Below, in pieces: positions 35,820 through 49,977 of a DNA stretch of 64,000 nucleotides; position 1 is the first letter of the stretch, and the number at the start of each line of letters is the position of its first letter. The notes under the pieces were generated by a model. It searched no databases, was not told where the DNA came from, and saw nothing but the letters and a program-made list of their open reading frames with translations. The translations under genes were made by a program, and so were the position numbers. This stretch comes from Felis catus (taxonomy: Eukaryota): positions 100,070,001 through 100,134,000 of the forward strand of contig NC_058368.1 of assembly GCF_018350175.1 (NCBI RefSeq), in the 5' to 3' direction.

Positions 35820-37770
35820 TAGTCTCACTTCTATACATAATCCCCGACTCTCACTGGCTTAAAATAATGAAAATCTGTTTTTCACTCACATCACAGTCCA
35901 CTGTGAATTGACAGTTTCATAGAGTAATTCAAGGATCAGGCTCCTTTCATCTTGTGGCTCCTTTCTCCTGCAGTTTCCGTTTGGCCAGCAGAAGGGAAGA
36001 AGTACATGGAGAATTGTGCAGGAGGTTTTCATGGGCCAGGCCAGAAAGTGGCAGGAATCAGTAACACTCATAATTCATTAGCCAGAATTCAATTATATGG
36101 TGCCATTTAGCCACAGGGGAGCTAAGAAACGTTGTCTAATTGTGTGGTTAGGAGGAAAAAAGAAAGTGGAATTTCTTAAACACGTAACTGTCTGCTACTG
36201 ACCATCCTTCCCTCACCAGATGTGAGAGATTCCATTTCACTGCCCCTCCCCCAAACAGAGCACACTTCTCTCCTTCCCAGGGAATCCACCTCAGAGTCCC
36301 AGCCCAGCATCATCCATCCCCTGGATGAGGCGGTACTTTCCATCTGGTTTCCTGGATGGGACTGCCCCAAGCTTGGTGGCCTGGCCACTTAAACACAGAC
36401 TGCCCGTCCCCAGCTCATAACCAAATATTTAGTGGCAGATCAGGGACAAGGTAACCACAATATAAACTTCCAGTCAGTTAAGAGAGAATTGGGAGGCACA
36501 TAACATGTCTACCACTACTGAGCAAAAATTGTAAAGGAGCTGGAGGAACTTCCTTGTCCATTGTTCTTCCTGGCTTCTGACTGTCTTCTTGGGAGGTTTT
36601 TGTTCTATGGCCACACCTGAAGCAGACATTTGGTATAATTTCCTTGGGGGCTGCACCAAGTGACTGGTAAAAACATATGGTCCTGGAGACCGTTCAGAGT
36701 CTTTAACATTCAAGAGAGTTTTTTCAGCCTAGACTTAGGGTTTCTGTCACAACACAGGTCCCTCCAAAACTTAGTGGATTTCTGACTTCTTCATTTCCCG
36801 TTAGTCCATCCATGAGCTAGTCACCACACCACCAATTTTTTCCTAGAGCAAGTTGTCAAACTTGCTTTCTTTATGTTTGAGGGTATTTTTTTCCCCACCC
36901 CAAGCATCATTCCATGTGTCTGCTGTGTTGAGACTCTCAGGTTTGGTTGAGAAGGCCATACTCTACTCTTAACTTTGCTCTGGGGCTGAATCTCCAGAGG
37001 CCTTTACTGCTTAAAATCTTAGTCTCCCGTCTTACTTTCAAAGTCCAAAGGCTTTTCTTAACCTTAAGTTAGTTCCCAGATATCTGGATTCTCTGTTGCT
37101 TTCAGTTTCTGTCTGTGAGCTGGCCAGTTCTTTCCTGGACGCTGCTCTTTTTTGTAGTCTGTTGCCAAAGAGCCATCAGTACACTAATTCTTTTATTCTT
37201 TCCCACCACCTACCCTGGTGTTGGGAACTCCATAGGCATACAGGCTGCCTCCCAGGTTCTCACTTGGCAACAGTGAGAATGGCCACAGTTCTGCCCCTTT
37301 CATTGGCACGGGAGATGTGCCCACTTTTCAGCCTCGGGTATCCATTTCCTTACCACCTACCACTGAACGGCCGATCCACTGCCAACTGTACATGTTGTTG
37401 TGATGGCTGCATCCTCCTTCCGAGTGGCACTTTGCTCCTATTCGTAGTAGACTGCCTGCTGTAGCAAGCAGCCACCAAATCGTGGTGATTGAATTCTCAT
37501 TCGTCACAGCCTATGTGCTCTTTGCAGCCTCCTTCCATCTCGTGCCTCTGGGATTTCTCTGTGCTCTCTGGGAGCAGAGAGAGAGAGAGAGAGAGATTAA
37601 AGGATCGAATGTGAGGTTTTTCTGATCAGACCTTTTGTTCACATGTCTTTGGCTATAACTCAGCTTCATGGCCTCATCTAGCTGTGGTCAGGATGGGGAA
37701 TGTATCCTGGCTGTGCACCCAGGAGGAAAAGAAAAGTAGGTCTGGCAGACACTTGGCATCTGCCTCATTC
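35820..37770 (-). mobile_element. Ancient MaLR (MLT1-type) LTR-internal-LTR remnant
   Basis: Two similar MLT1-like blocks (about 35820-36190 and 37440-37770), both ending ...TGTG...AGGAGGAAAA, flanking about 1.2 kb. Confidence 0.6.
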
Positions 37771-38389
37771 ACCTTATATTCAGACACAGAGTAACTGTAA
37801 ACTGCAGGCACCCCCCACATTTTCCCAGTGAGGAGACCCAAGTGGAAGGGCTTTTGTTTTTTCGCTTAGCTTATATATTTATAGAATTTAAATTATAATG
37901 TGTTTACACCTACAAATATACTTTACCTAATTATCTAAAATATATATTAGTTTAGAAGACTGCCTTATTTAAATCTCATTTTTTATGAAGCAGTTTCTTT
38001 TAACATTTAAACTCTTTGTTCTTCATCACTAGAGCCACTCTGAGTATTATATCAGATTTCTAGACCACATGTGATTTGTGTAGCATGCAGGACGTTTTGA
38101 ATTCTGTGTACAATAAATGTTTTGGAAATGTTGTCCCAAACTGTGTGCGTTTGTTTGTGTAATGTTACGACATTTACTTTTTAAGGAGATCTTGAGAACG
38201 CTTTTGACAGTGAATGATGTCTAAGTTGCAGTGGAGAAATTACACTTCCCACGTACTACTTAAAATCTCTGTTACGTTTTTGTCTCCCTTTCCCCCACCC
38301 TCATTCTATAAACATGCATTAATTCATGTCTTTTCTGGCTGATGTGTTTCTCACAAACACTACTTTCTTGTTCAAAATAATGTAGTTTT

Positions 38390-38611
38390 GGGGCGCCTGG
38401 GTGGCTCAGTCGGTTAAGCGGCCGACTTCGGCTCAGGTCACGATCTCGCGGTCCGTGAGTTGGAGCCCCGCGTCGGGCTCTGGGCTGATGGCTCAGAGCC
38501 TGGAGCCTGCTTCTGATTCTGTGTCTCCCTCTCTCTCTGCCCCTCCCCCGTTCATGCTCTGTCTCTCTCTGTCTCAAAAATAAATAAAACGTTAAAAAAA
38601 AAAATTTAAAA
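38390..38611 (+). mobile_element. Young Can-SINE
   Basis: CpG-rich near-consensus copy; TSD AAAATAAYGTAGTTTT at 38374-38389 and 38612-38627. Confidence 0.97.
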
Positions 38612-39281
38612 AAAATAACGTAGTTTTAAGTATCTTATAATTTAAGAGGATATAAGGACTAGAAGCAACTTGCCACCCTTGTATCTGGTGGATAATTTTA
38701 TGATTGAAAAAGAGCTTTGTCTTAAATTGGAGTGAATTTAGTAATTTATCTCATAATAATTTTATGTTCAGTAACAAGGCAGTGGAATCAATCAGTAGCC
38801 CTTTAAAAATTCATCTCTCCTCCCATCACCATGGTCAGACCGAGTATTTTAGTAAATATATGTGAATTTTCTGGCTACATCATACACAGATATCCTAAAC
38901 TAATGATGTTCCTTTGAAAATATAAGATGCTCTTTTCTTTTTTTTCTTTTTCTTTTTTTTTTCTTGGCCTTCCATGTTGTCTGTATTGTTTCCTTTCTTA
39001 AACTGTTTCCTCAGTGCAAATAAGACAGCACAACATACATGAGGAGATACACAATAAACATCTGTTTAAAATATTAGAAGGCATGTGTCCCGAAATTGCC
39101 TATTCATATGTATATTACAATTTCAAACTATTCCTGTTAGACTTAGATTTTAAATTGTGATATATACCATTGAAGTAAAATTAAATTCCTTCTTTAAACG
39201 CTGATGTGAAAAAATGAAATGTCTTTCTCTTGTATGGTCTTTAGGCATTTAGTTTTCACTATTTTTGGTTTCTCCTCCCAG

Positions 39282-39466
39282 GTTTTCAGCAAAATGAACT
39301 TCAGCTCAAGAATCCGTTTAATAAGAGTGCACAGAGAGGACTTGAAAATACAAAACAGCAGTCACAGCTGCCTCTTCATCCTTCATGGGAAGCAAGCAGG
39401 AGGCGGAAAGAACAGCAGTCTAAAATTGCTGTGTTTCAGGGGAAAAAAATTACATTTGATGATTGA
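39282..39466 (+). CDS. SRFBP1: SRFBP1 terminal coding exon, BUD22-type C-terminus
   Basis: ctcctcccAG acceptor. Reads (G)[60 protein letters not shown], then TGA at 39464-39466. LHPSWEA and [10 protein letters not shown] are BUD22/SRFBP1 motifs. Confidence 0.97.
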
Positions 39467-39850
39467 TTAGGACTTCTTTCTGTGAACCAGCCTGTTATTA
39501 AAGTTATGTTTACATAAGCCGTGCACAAATCAAGTACATACTTAAATTGTTTCTTAATAATATACCTGCACTCTTCCCTCTGTGCAAGAATTCTGAGATC
39601 ACAACTCTCTCGGTCTTGGTCATGTGCACTTATCATGAAGTGAATATGACAAGTGTAGCTCTTGTTTCTTGCCTTGAAAATGAATGTTTAGGAGATATAT
39701 TTTACAGTGGAAAATATGAGGAAATTATAGTTATTTAAAATAGATCATCTTTCCTAAGAGTTATTCTTAGCAAAACTAAGTTAACTTTTATTATGGGTAT
39801 GAAGACAATAAATTATAAAAATAAATGTTAATTTTTATTATACTTTTAAT
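39467..39850 (+). other. SRFBP1: SRFBP1 3' UTR (to the proximal poly(A) site; may extend further)
   Basis: Follows the stop codon and ends at paired AATAAA hexamers with downstream T/GT-rich sequence. Confidence 0.6.
39807..39825 (+). terminator. Candidate SRFBP1 polyadenylation signals
   Basis: AATAAA at 39807-39812 and 39820-39825, followed by T-rich/GT-rich sequence. Confidence 0.55.
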
Positions 39851-40599
39851 GATTTGTGATCTCTTTGACTTTTAAAATAAGCTCCCAGTTTTTGATTTCT
39901 GAATTTTATCTCTAGTTTTTAGGAAACATATGTGTTTAAGTGTAGCAACACGACCAAAAAATTGGTTATATATGTCACTGCATAGAAATACTTGTTTATA
40001 TCAAGAATGTATAACATGTAGTTACTTTAATGTGCTTTTATAGAAACATTTTTTTTTGTGGAATCATGGATGGGAATTTATTTATAAGGACAAATCCTGA
40101 AGGAGGTATGATTGAAGGAGCATTTCCAGAGAACTGAATGAGGTTATGAGATGCCTCACAGGGGAAGGGCCTATTTTTGCTATACAGTACTGTTATTTCA
40201 AAGGAAGACAGGATTTTGAAACTCCTTTCAAATGTTTCACTTTGGCTTCTCTGGAAGAAATTAAAGGTTCTTGGTTAACTAACTAAAGATAAGGAAATTC
40301 CATGTTGCTGTTAATGGCAGGAAAAGGCCTCTGGTTAGCAGAAATTCATAAGCTCTGGAGAGTCATTTCTGTCATTTTCAAGAGCTTAAGAATTTAGATA
40401 ACTAAAGCAATGGAATTCAAGAGAGTATACAGAAAGAAAATTGTTTTTTGCTGTTGAATGCAAAATTTACTTTCCCTGCTTTAAAATTTTTATTTTGACA
40501 TGTCAATTATATAAAATTAAAATTAATTTCCATTGAAATTTTAATTATGAAAAATTATTACAGGAAAGGTGAAAGAAAGATGTGTCCATGCCTACCCAG

Positions 40600-40854
40600 G
40601 TTTAGCCAAATTGTGACTTGGAGAGTACTGTCCTCCAGACCACCAAGTCTGTCCTAGACTTCTTATCCTACTGCAAGGAATTAGGGCCCAGCTACAGGGT
40701 TAGAGGGAAGAGCCCACACAAGACATGAGACCACTGTCACTTCTCATACTTCTGACACCTCTGCAGGTTTGGAGGTGGGGGTTGTGGGGGAAGGGTTCCC
40801 CAAACACCCTTAGGTTCAAAAATTTGCTACAAAACTCCCAGAACTAACTGAAAC

Positions 40855-40904
<50 letters not shown>

Positions 40905-41280
40905 AAACCTATTCAGAGTTACTGTTTATTACAGGGAAAGGGTACAAATTAGAACCTCTCAAAGGAAGAGATGGATAGGACCATGTCTGTGAGGGTTCTA
41001 ACTAACACAAACTTCTGTTGTCCTCAGGACACTTTACCATCCTGGCATCAGTGTGCTTAGAGTTTGGCCAGTGTTAGAAGCTAACTCAAGTTTTGGTGTC
41101 CAGAATTTTTGTGGTGGCTGCAATATGTAAGCATGATCAGTTGATTGCCCAAATGATTGTAGCTAGCTGCTGCCCTAAACAAAGAGACTTCTATCAGGTA
41201 TTCCTCAGATTACCTCCAAGAAGCCAGTGGCAAAGGCAATTCTCTCTTTGGGCAAAGCCAAATTCTTTACTGCACAATAT
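40600..41280. mobile_element. ERV LTR remnant (MER21/MER77-like) containing (CA)n at 40858-40902
   Basis: CACTTCT..CTTCTGACACC, GGTTCCCCAAACACCCTTAGGTTC, GTTTATTACAGGGAAAGGGTACAAATTAG motifs. Confidence 0.55.
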
Positions 41281-41335
41281 TCTTCACCCAGGTTCTCCAA
41301 ACAGTAACATTACCACATTTGCTTTATCCGTGGCT

Positions 41336-41378
41336 CTCCTCCTCCTTCTCCTCCTCCTCCTCCTCCTCCTCCTCCTCC

Positions 41379-41410
<32 letters not shown>

Positions 41411-41425
41411 CTCTTCTCCCCCCCT
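41336..41425. repeat. (CTC)n/(CTT) trinucleotide microsatellite
   Basis: Seen directly; it produces the poly-Leu ORF in the track. Confidence 0.95.
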
Positions 41426-41539
41426 CTCTTTGCCATTGTTTTTGTTATAATATTTCATTTGTCTTCTTATCATGCTCAGGTTTTTCTCTACTTCCTTGAA
41501 CACATGGGACGTTAATAGCTGTTTTAATGATCTTGTCTG

Positions 41540-41715
41540 CAGTGGCTCTCAGTTTTGGGGAGTTTTACCCTTCGGAACATTTCGCAACATCTGCAGATAT
41601 TTTGTGTTACATCTAGTGAATATAGGCCGGGGATGCTAGTGAACATTCTACTTTGTATACAGCAAGAAATTATCCATCCCAAAATGTCAGCAGTGCCAAG
41701 ATTGAGAAACCTTGG
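41540..41715 (+). mobile_element. MER20 (hAT-Charlie) DNA transposon
   Basis: CAGTGGCTCTCA...GGGATGCT...AATTATCC..CCCAAAATGTCAGCAGTGCCAAGATTGAGAAACC. Confidence 0.85.
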
Positions 41716-42579
41716 CCTAGGGTTCATTTGGCTCCACTCCAGAGGCATTCCCATTCTGAGCATCCTGCCTGATGCTTTGTCTTTTATTTAGCAAGTCCTT
41801 TTGTTATATCTGGTGAGATGAGAACACAAACTACTCCTGGCCCTTTGTAGGTTGTTTCACAAACTCCTTTCTGGTGAATTTTTTCCTGGCCTTGGCAGAT
41901 TCCTCATACATTGCACAGATCAGTCTTAAGCCATAGGCTTGACAGGGTCCTGCAAAGATCTCCAGAGCACTTGTTTTCTGTTCATCTCCTTCCTCTCTAG
42001 TATTTTGCTTCAAATTCTAGTCACAGTAGTCTATGTAAACTCCGAACTCTGTCTCCTCAGTAAGGCCACTGAGCTATTCTAGGGTTCCTTCCCTCAGCAG
42101 TGTAGTTTGAAACTCCATGCAGTGAGCTAAAGCGCTCAACTCGTTTGTTTTCTTTCTCTGAGTTATTACTATATTGTACTGCCTTTTGTCCATTGTCTGA
42201 AAACCTAAGTTTTATATATTTTATCCAGTCTTCTAGTCATTTAATGTAGAATGGCCAGTCTGATTCCTATTACTATATAATCGTCAGCATTCGAAATCCA
42301 TTGTTTATTTTGATGCTCAAATTGTCCTTAATTTGGCCAGTCGGAGCCTACTCAGGCTGTCTTGTGTCCTTTTGCTATCTAACAGTGAGAAATATGGTTC
42401 TCCTTATCCACAGTATATTATTTTCTCAACCCTAGAATACACAGAAGTTAGTTTCAAAATTGCTAACTGATGCCTCTGCAAAATACAAGTCTACTAGCCA
42501 AAGTTCAGTATAGTTTTAGAGTTCTTTTTTCTTTAGCTCAAGGACAAATGGTCTCAAAACGAAGTTTGAAAGTTACCCG

Positions 42580-44620
42580 AAATGATGTCAGCAAAAATGG
42601 TGGAGTAAAGACATACCGAAATTCTCTCCCTAAAAAGCAGTGAGAAAACTATATTGTCAGAATCAACCTGTTCTGAACTATGGAGTTAGCCACAGGTTGA
42701 CTGCAATCCAGGGAGTATTTTTCAGGAAAGGATGCATCTTGATAGGAACAGTGATCTTTGTGACATTTTAACTTGCCCTATTTTCAACTTCTCACTCCTC
42801 AGATCCTTGATAGTTTTGAGAACCAGCAGCTCACAATCATAGTGAAAACCAGCACCCTGGCAGCCACTAGAGGAAGAAGAACAGGGTTGGACCTGCTTCA
42901 AAGATACATTCACTGAGAACTGTCATTATTTGACCAGTGTGGTTATCCACTGGAAGACCCCACTTGCAAGTCTGTCTTGACCAAGAACTTGCTCAGTGTG
43001 AAAAGCCTTTTCTCCTGATGTCACTTTTCAAAAACTATCAGAGGTAATTGTTTAACATCACATCTGCCTAAGGCAGTGAATAACAGTTGAGGCAAATGCG
43101 TTTATCAAAAAGCTTAAAAGGAAATCTGGAGAATTCAGTATCCTTAGGGACTTTGATAAGTTTTGACATTTCTTGGAATTAAGCAAGTCATGTGCATGCA
43201 TAGGGCTGTGTCTGTGTTCAGGAAAGAGCTGAGAAGGTGCTAAGCTCTTAACTTCTAGCTGACCTTGAGGTTCTATTCAAGCAGGAAATGAAGGCTCAGG
43301 TGGAATTGTCCACTTCCTGGCTAAGTGCTGAAGGTGTGCCCCCGTACACACACACACAGAGCCTCTCAGCAAAATTGGAGAAGTGTTGATTCCAGGCATT
43401 GAAGGAAATCTCTGTCCAGTTATTAGTGTACCACTAAACTAATGAAGCAGAAACTTCAGTGGCCACACACAACAAAGAATCCAGACTTGACAGTTTCACA
43501 AAAGTATACTAAACGGCAACAAAAAACAGGAACAACAAGCCCTAGGGAGAGAGGAATGTCTGAGTTTTAGATTTGCACCATTAAAGTACTTAAAATGACC
43601 AGTTTTCTAAAATACTAGAAGACCTGCAGAAACAAAGTATGTCCCATATACGGAGAAATAAAAGCAAACAAACTGCCCCCCAAGAGGCCCAGACTTCAGA
43701 ATTATTCAACAAAGACGTTAAATAAACCATTTTGAGAAGATGTACAAAGAACCGAAGGAAACAATGTTTAAAAAACTAAAATAAAATCTGAGAACACAGT
43801 CTCACCATATAGAGAATATCAACAATGAGATAGAAATTATAAGAGAAAAAAAAATTAGGAATTGAAAAGTACAGTAAATGATACAGATAATTCAACATAA
43901 GTGGCCAATAGCAGATTGGAGCAGGCAGAAGAAATATTTGGTGAAGCTAAAGATTTGTCAATTTTTTCCTATTTAAAAAAAAAAAAAAAACAATGAACAT
44001 ATTCAGAGATGTGTGGAATACCATCAAGTGTACCAACATAAGCATAATGAGAGTCTCATGTGAACTGCCTTTTCACTAATAGCTGTAGACCTTAAAAGAA
44101 TTGAAAACTGTTCAAACAAAAAGTAAAACATGAATGTTCATAAAACATTATTCATAATAGCCAGAAAGAAACAACCCAAAAACCATCAACAGATGACTGG
44201 ATAACAATAGTAGTGTGTGTATATATATATACACACACACACATATACACCATGGAATACTGCTCAGCCATAGAAAGGAATGAAGTATTGATATATACCT
44301 CGACTTGAATGAACTTTGAAAACATTGGGTTAAGAAAGAAGCCAAACAAAAACATGGTTCCACTTACATGAAATATCCAAAATAGGTAAATCCATAGGGA
44401 CCAAAGTTAATTAGTGATTACAAAGGGCTAGGGGAGGGAGGAGTAGTGACTGAATGACCGCTAATGGATATGGAGGCATTCTTTTTTGGATTGGTGAATG
44501 TGTTCTGCAATTGGATGGTGGTGTTGGTTGCACAATTTTGTGAATATACAAAAATCCACTGAATTATGTGCTTTAAGAGAATGAATATACGGTATGTGAA
44601 TTATATTTAATTTTTAGAGT
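42580..44620 (+). mobile_element. Old L1 (5' UTR/ORF1 remnant, then 3' end)
   Basis: AAAATGGTGGAGTAA 5' end, ORF1-like A-rich sequence, and 3' UTR motifs (CCATGGAATACTGCTCAGCCATA, CCACTGAATT). Confidence 0.7.
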
Positions 44621-45065
44621 AATAACAGTAAAAGTGACCTGGGTTAGTGCATTTTTCATGCCTTCCTTCCATGTAGTAAGTACATCATTTGAAATGAACT
44701 TTAGTTCACATGTTTCTGATGTATTTTCCTTAAAGGATTTTTCTTCCATCCTTGGTAATTTTACTTTATTTTTTCTTCATGTGTGTGAAACATGAACATT
44801 GTTCCATAAGTCAGAGGTGCACAAAATGGTATACTCTGAGAGGTGGTGGCAACTCCTCTTTCCAATTGTTTCTTTTCTTTTTACCCAATTCCCACCCATC
44901 CCCTCTAGATAATCCATCTCATTAGTCCCTGGTGTATCCTTTCTGTGTTTCTCTTTGCACAGATGAATAAATGTGTATGTATTTATTTCTCCTTTTTTAA
45001 TGCAGAAGTTAACACTCCTAGAAGATTTTATAAACTACCTTTTTCATTTAAAAATATATCCTGAA

Positions 45066-45257
45066 GGATAGCTGGGTAGCTCAGTTCATTGAGCCTCCAA
45101 CTCTTGATTTAGGCTCAGGTCATGATCCCAAGGTCGTGGGACTGAGCCCCACGTTGGGTTTGCGCTGAGCACGGAGCCTGCTTAAGATTCTCTCTCCCCC
45201 TCTGCCCCTCTCCCCTACTCACACTCTTTTTTCTAAAATAAAAATAAATAAAATAAT
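45066..45257 (+). mobile_element. Can-SINE
   Basis: TSD AAAATRTATCCTG. Confidence 0.9.
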
Positions 45258-47259
45258 TAAAATGTATCCTGGAAATCACTGCAAATTTGTCCATAAAGAT
45301 TTTCCTTATTTAAAACAAAGAACAACAACAAAAAGAAACTTTCTAGTACCCCATTAGGTAGACGTCAATTTATTCAACCACTCATCTATGTTTGGGTGTA
45401 CAAGTTATTTTCCCTGTCTTGCAGTTACAAAAAATATTGCAAAGAAAATACAAACAACGGTATATATTTTCATATTATTGGAGTTCTCTCTTTGGGATTT
45501 ATTCCTAGAGTGGAAATGTTATGTCAGAAGGTAAGTGCATATGTAGTTTTGTTTAAAAATTGCCAATTTTCCAACATGAAGGTTGTGCTTCAGTACAAGT
45601 AGAGGCCTGTTTCTTCACAACTTCTCCATTGTGGTTTTACTATGTATTTTCTTATGGGTATAGTTGGATACTTTTTTCAAAATTGTTAAATACTTTCTAC
45701 ATCAGGTTTTGTGAATTTTTTTCATGTCTTGCCCTTTTTTCTACTAGTGAGTTTTGTTTTTGACTTTTCCCCATAATTTTTAAGATTTATTTATATATTA
45801 CATACACTAGCCCTTTATCTCTTAATGGGTATTGCAAGTATTTTTTCCCAGTTTGTTAACTCTTCTGATTTTGTGTTATTTACTTTGCTATCATGTTTTA
45901 TTTTGTCACTTACTGTATGTAGTCAGATATTTCAGTTTCTCCTTTTATTTCATTTTTGCATATGAGCTTGAAATCATAGAAAATCTTTCCCTATTGTTTG
46001 CTTCCTACTTGATCTGACGTCAGTGTTGCTATCCCTGCTTTTTTAGTGTTCCCATTTTCCTGGAATACATTTGTCCATCCCTTTATTTTTAGCCTTTCTG
46101 AATCATTCTGTTTTAGGTGTGTTTCTTCAGTACAGTATATAGTTAGGTCTTCATGAGCTAAGCTCAAAATCTTAACACTTAATAGGCAAATTCAACCCAT
46201 GCACATTTGTTGATAAGGCAAATACGTTTGCTTTCAATTCTGTCATCTTATACTGTAATTATCATACTTATTATTTTACTTTCTCTTCAAACTGTACTTT
46301 CTATTAAAAAATTAGTTTTGTGTTTAGCAAGATTAATATTTCTGTTCTAGTGGTTATACCTTAATGCCCATCGTCACATTTTTTTATTCACTGTGTTGCC
46401 CATGTTCTATTTCACTGTCTAAATTACCTTTAATGAGCTTATTCTAACTTCCCTCATCTCATCTCCATTCACCTCCCATTTCTGGTTGCATTATTTTTAC
46501 TTAATTGGAACCTACAATGCATGACATAGAGCATTATCGTATAACATTATTCTGCTTCTGAGATTAGTTTTAATCTTAGATTTTCAAAGAAGTGCTAGAG
46601 TTTTCCAAGTCATTTTTTGTTTGGATGGGCTTTATTCTCTAGTAGATTCCTCAAGAAAGGACTCATGGAAAGAATTCTTCGAGTTCTTGATGTTCGAAAT
46701 TTTTTGTGGTTTTCATATCTTAAAGGATTATGGGTGGATCCACTGATTCTGCAGCTTCTTTGTGGCAGCAAAACTCTTCTTGCATCTTTGGTGAGTCTTG
46801 TTTGGAAGACTTTTTTTGCCCCACCCCGATGTAGGATATCTATCTCGTAGTCTGGGCACACGTTAGCTTCCTTACTCTTACCAGAGATACGGGTTTTTTT
46901 CTTTCTTTTTCATTTACCGTTCCCCAACCCACGGTGAGTTTTTACCTGCACCCTCTTGACAGTATCTGATGACCTTACAGTGACCTATAGTGACAAGCTT
47001 TTTTCAGTAGGGAGCAAGAGTCCTTGTGGGCATTTGTGTCCTGCTGCAGTACCCTCTCCTTTCAGGCTTGTACCATCAATGAAAACTTTTTCTCCACTCT
47101 GTTCCCCATCTGAATCCTGAGTGCCCAGTGTAGGCCCATGGAATCCCCATATTCTGCAAATGTATTAACATACGTAAATAGAGGTCTTTTTTCCTCTAGT
47201 ACTTTTTATAGGTTTATGTTCTATTTAGCCTTTATTTTGTCTGGAACTTACCCCTACAT

Positions 47260-49310
47260 ATTCTGATAGATTGGTATGCTCCTTAATCAAATCAATTAGT
47301 ACGCAACCAACCTGTATTTCTCAGCATCGCTTGAAGTTAGGTTGAGGTCCTGTGACTTAAGAATTGCTTAGTGGAATGCGTGTGGAAATTTTGTAAACCA
47401 CTTCCAGGTCCAGCCCATAAACTCCTCTTCTGTCCTCCATTCTTCTTGTGTCCACCCGCTGGATGTCAATTCCCAGCGAGACACTAGAAGACACCATTTT
47501 TAAAATGAAGGAATAGCCATCAGCCTAGGAACCTAAGTAGCTATGAGAATTCTAGTCCTCTACTTATTCCTCCACTTAGGCCAATTGATTTAAGTTATAT
47601 AACAAACACCTATCGTGTTCAATCAGCGAAAATTAGAGATTTCAATAGAGATTTTGATAGAACAAGTATCATTACTCTCAGAAATGGGTGGTGGAAGGAG
47701 GATGCTACTGTAAAAATAAATCCAAAGTACTGTACATGGCATTGCCCCCACAGACAAGACGAAAACTAATATCCAGTATTAGAAAATGAGGTTTGTGTAA
47801 TGCAATGACAAAACAGTTTTTAGAAAGGTCATTTACAATTACTTGGAATTTGAACCTGAGCCCTTGACCCCATAGCTCTAGGGAAAGGCTAGAAAATGTA
47901 ATGTTGACTTTTATGACCTGCATTTATCAGTGTGATAGAAAACAAGAGATGGGATGTGACAGTAGCCTGTTAGCTTGCAAGGAAAGAAAAACAAAAAGTA
48001 ATAGGATGAAAAAGCCATTGCTTCTAGTCCCAAAGGACAAGAGATTATGCACAAAAATCCATTAAGACTTCTGGCTACAGCACAGATCTGAGTAACAGTG
48101 GCATTTCCTCCTAAGGATGATAGCTTTAAGACGGGGCAGAGGAGGGGGAAAGTAAGTCAACCTTGAGAATTATATTTAGGAAAGAGCTTTGAAAGTGCTA
48201 TGGGCTTATGCAGCTGAATAGATCCCCTTTCTCTCAAAAACAATAACCTGCTTATTTGTAATGCCAAAAAAAAAAAAAATTGCAAGCCTGGACTTGACCA
48301 GCTTTCGGATGTTCTGTCATTAAAAGTATTTTAGGGCTCCTACACTTGCTCAGGGAAGATATGGGTTACAAAAGTTTAAAGGCCTCCAAGGAGAGTCAGT
48401 CCCTATCATGTATCTCAAATGTGCTAATAGACAAAAAACCTGCTAAAGAGTAGATTCAGAGCTATGAAGAATGTTGAACAAGTAGCTCCTCCCAGGTAGC
48501 CAAGTTGAAATCAAGGATAGGTTCTTAATGCTGGAATAGGGGGAGCTAAAAATTCCTGCCAGAAGTTTTTTGTAACTACTATAGACCAGTGCCTTCTGTG
48601 TGTCTCTGCTATACCTTATACCAGATGCAGTTTTTATTACAAATTTATCCTTGTTTCATCATAGTATGTTGGGCCAGGTGGCAGTAAAGACATTTCTGTA
48701 ACTGTGTTGTTGGTGCAAGTATCACTGAAGATCAAGGAGCCATATCCAGAGCTGATGGAAAGAACCATGCCATCATTCAGAGATGTTGCACTTGAAGCTG
48801 TTTGCAGTAACTGGATAGAACTTTGGGTTGTCTCCCTTGAAAAAAGAAAAAGAAAGAAAGAAATGTGTTCCAGTTGTGGTAGAGGATACTTGGTAACCAG
48901 AAAGATGTACTGTGTCCAACCTAAGTGCTCACTTCATCTACTTCTTTTCCTTAGGTACCTGGCTAACTTCCATTTGCCAGCCTCCTTGAAGTGAGACAAA
49001 TGTTGGCCAATGGAATGTGGGTAAAAATTATTACATGATGTTCACCTCCCCACAAAATGTTCCAGGCAGTCTTCCACATTTCTTCCCTTGTTTTCCAGCA
49101 GGGTGCTGACATCCTGGGCACCCTTGCAGGATCGCTTTTGAAGATGAAGTTTCCATCAGCCAGGATCTTTGCATGACTGCATGGAAGAGAACCTGAACTT
49201 CATCCAGCCACCTATTGAACTTCACATGAGCAAGAAGTGAGTGAGTATTTGGTTAAGTCATTGAGATGTAGGATGTTTATCTGTTACTCAGCTAGGGTTA
49301 TTTTGATACA
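47260..49310 (+). mobile_element. Ancient MaLR (MLT1-type) LTR-internal-LTR remnant
   Basis: LTR-like blocks at about 47260-47680 and 48910-49310 share CAGC.TC.CTTGAAGT and TGGAATG.G motifs. Internal region starts AGAAATGGGTGG..GATGCTACTGTAA. Confidence 0.65.
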
Positions 49311-49502
49311 TGTATAATAAGTGGTGGTGATCTAACTATTCTGTTTTTCTAATATGAATATGAATTCTATTTTTTGAGTAGTTGGGCCATCCTTTCACTA
49401 CTCATTTGAAATGTCACCTTATAATTACAGAACTGCTCCTAGCTCCTAGCTCTCTTTTATCTATCTCTCTGATCCAGTATTACACCCTAAATTATTATAG
49501 CT

Positions 49503-49977
49503 GAATGGATAAAGAATTTGTGGTATATATACACCGGAATATTACTCACCCATAAAAAGGAATGAAATCTTGCCATTTGCAACGACGTGGATGGAGCTAG
49601 AGAGTATTATGCTAAGCAAAATAAGTTAGAGAAAGACAAATAGCATATGATTTCAGTCATAGGTGGAATTTAAGAAACAAGACAAATGATCGTAGGGGGA
49701 AAAAGAGAGACACAAACCAAGAAACAGATTCTTAACTAGAGGGAACAAACTGAAGGTTACCAAGGGGGCGGTGGGTGGGGGGATGGGTGAAATAGGCAAT
49801 GGGGATTAAGGAGTGCACTTGTGATGAGCGCCTGGTGTTACCGTAGGTAAGTGTTGAATCACTGAATTCTGCACCTGAAACTAATAATTACACTGCATGT
49901 TAACTAACTGCAATTTAAATAGAAACTTTAAAAAAAAATCAAAATCAAAAAAAGCATTACTACAATAAATATTTTAA
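49503..49977 (+). mobile_element. Carnivore L1 3' end, 5'-truncated
   Basis: GAATGGATAAAGAA...GAATGAAATCTTGCCATTTGCAACGACGTGGATGGAGCTAGAG; TSD AAATTATTATAGCT at 49489-49502 and 49978-49991. Confidence 0.92.

Noticed and set aside
41093..41515. 140-aa ORF with a poly-Leu, membrane-like run
   Set aside because: Produced by the (CTC)n microsatellite and LTR flank; no splice or homology support.
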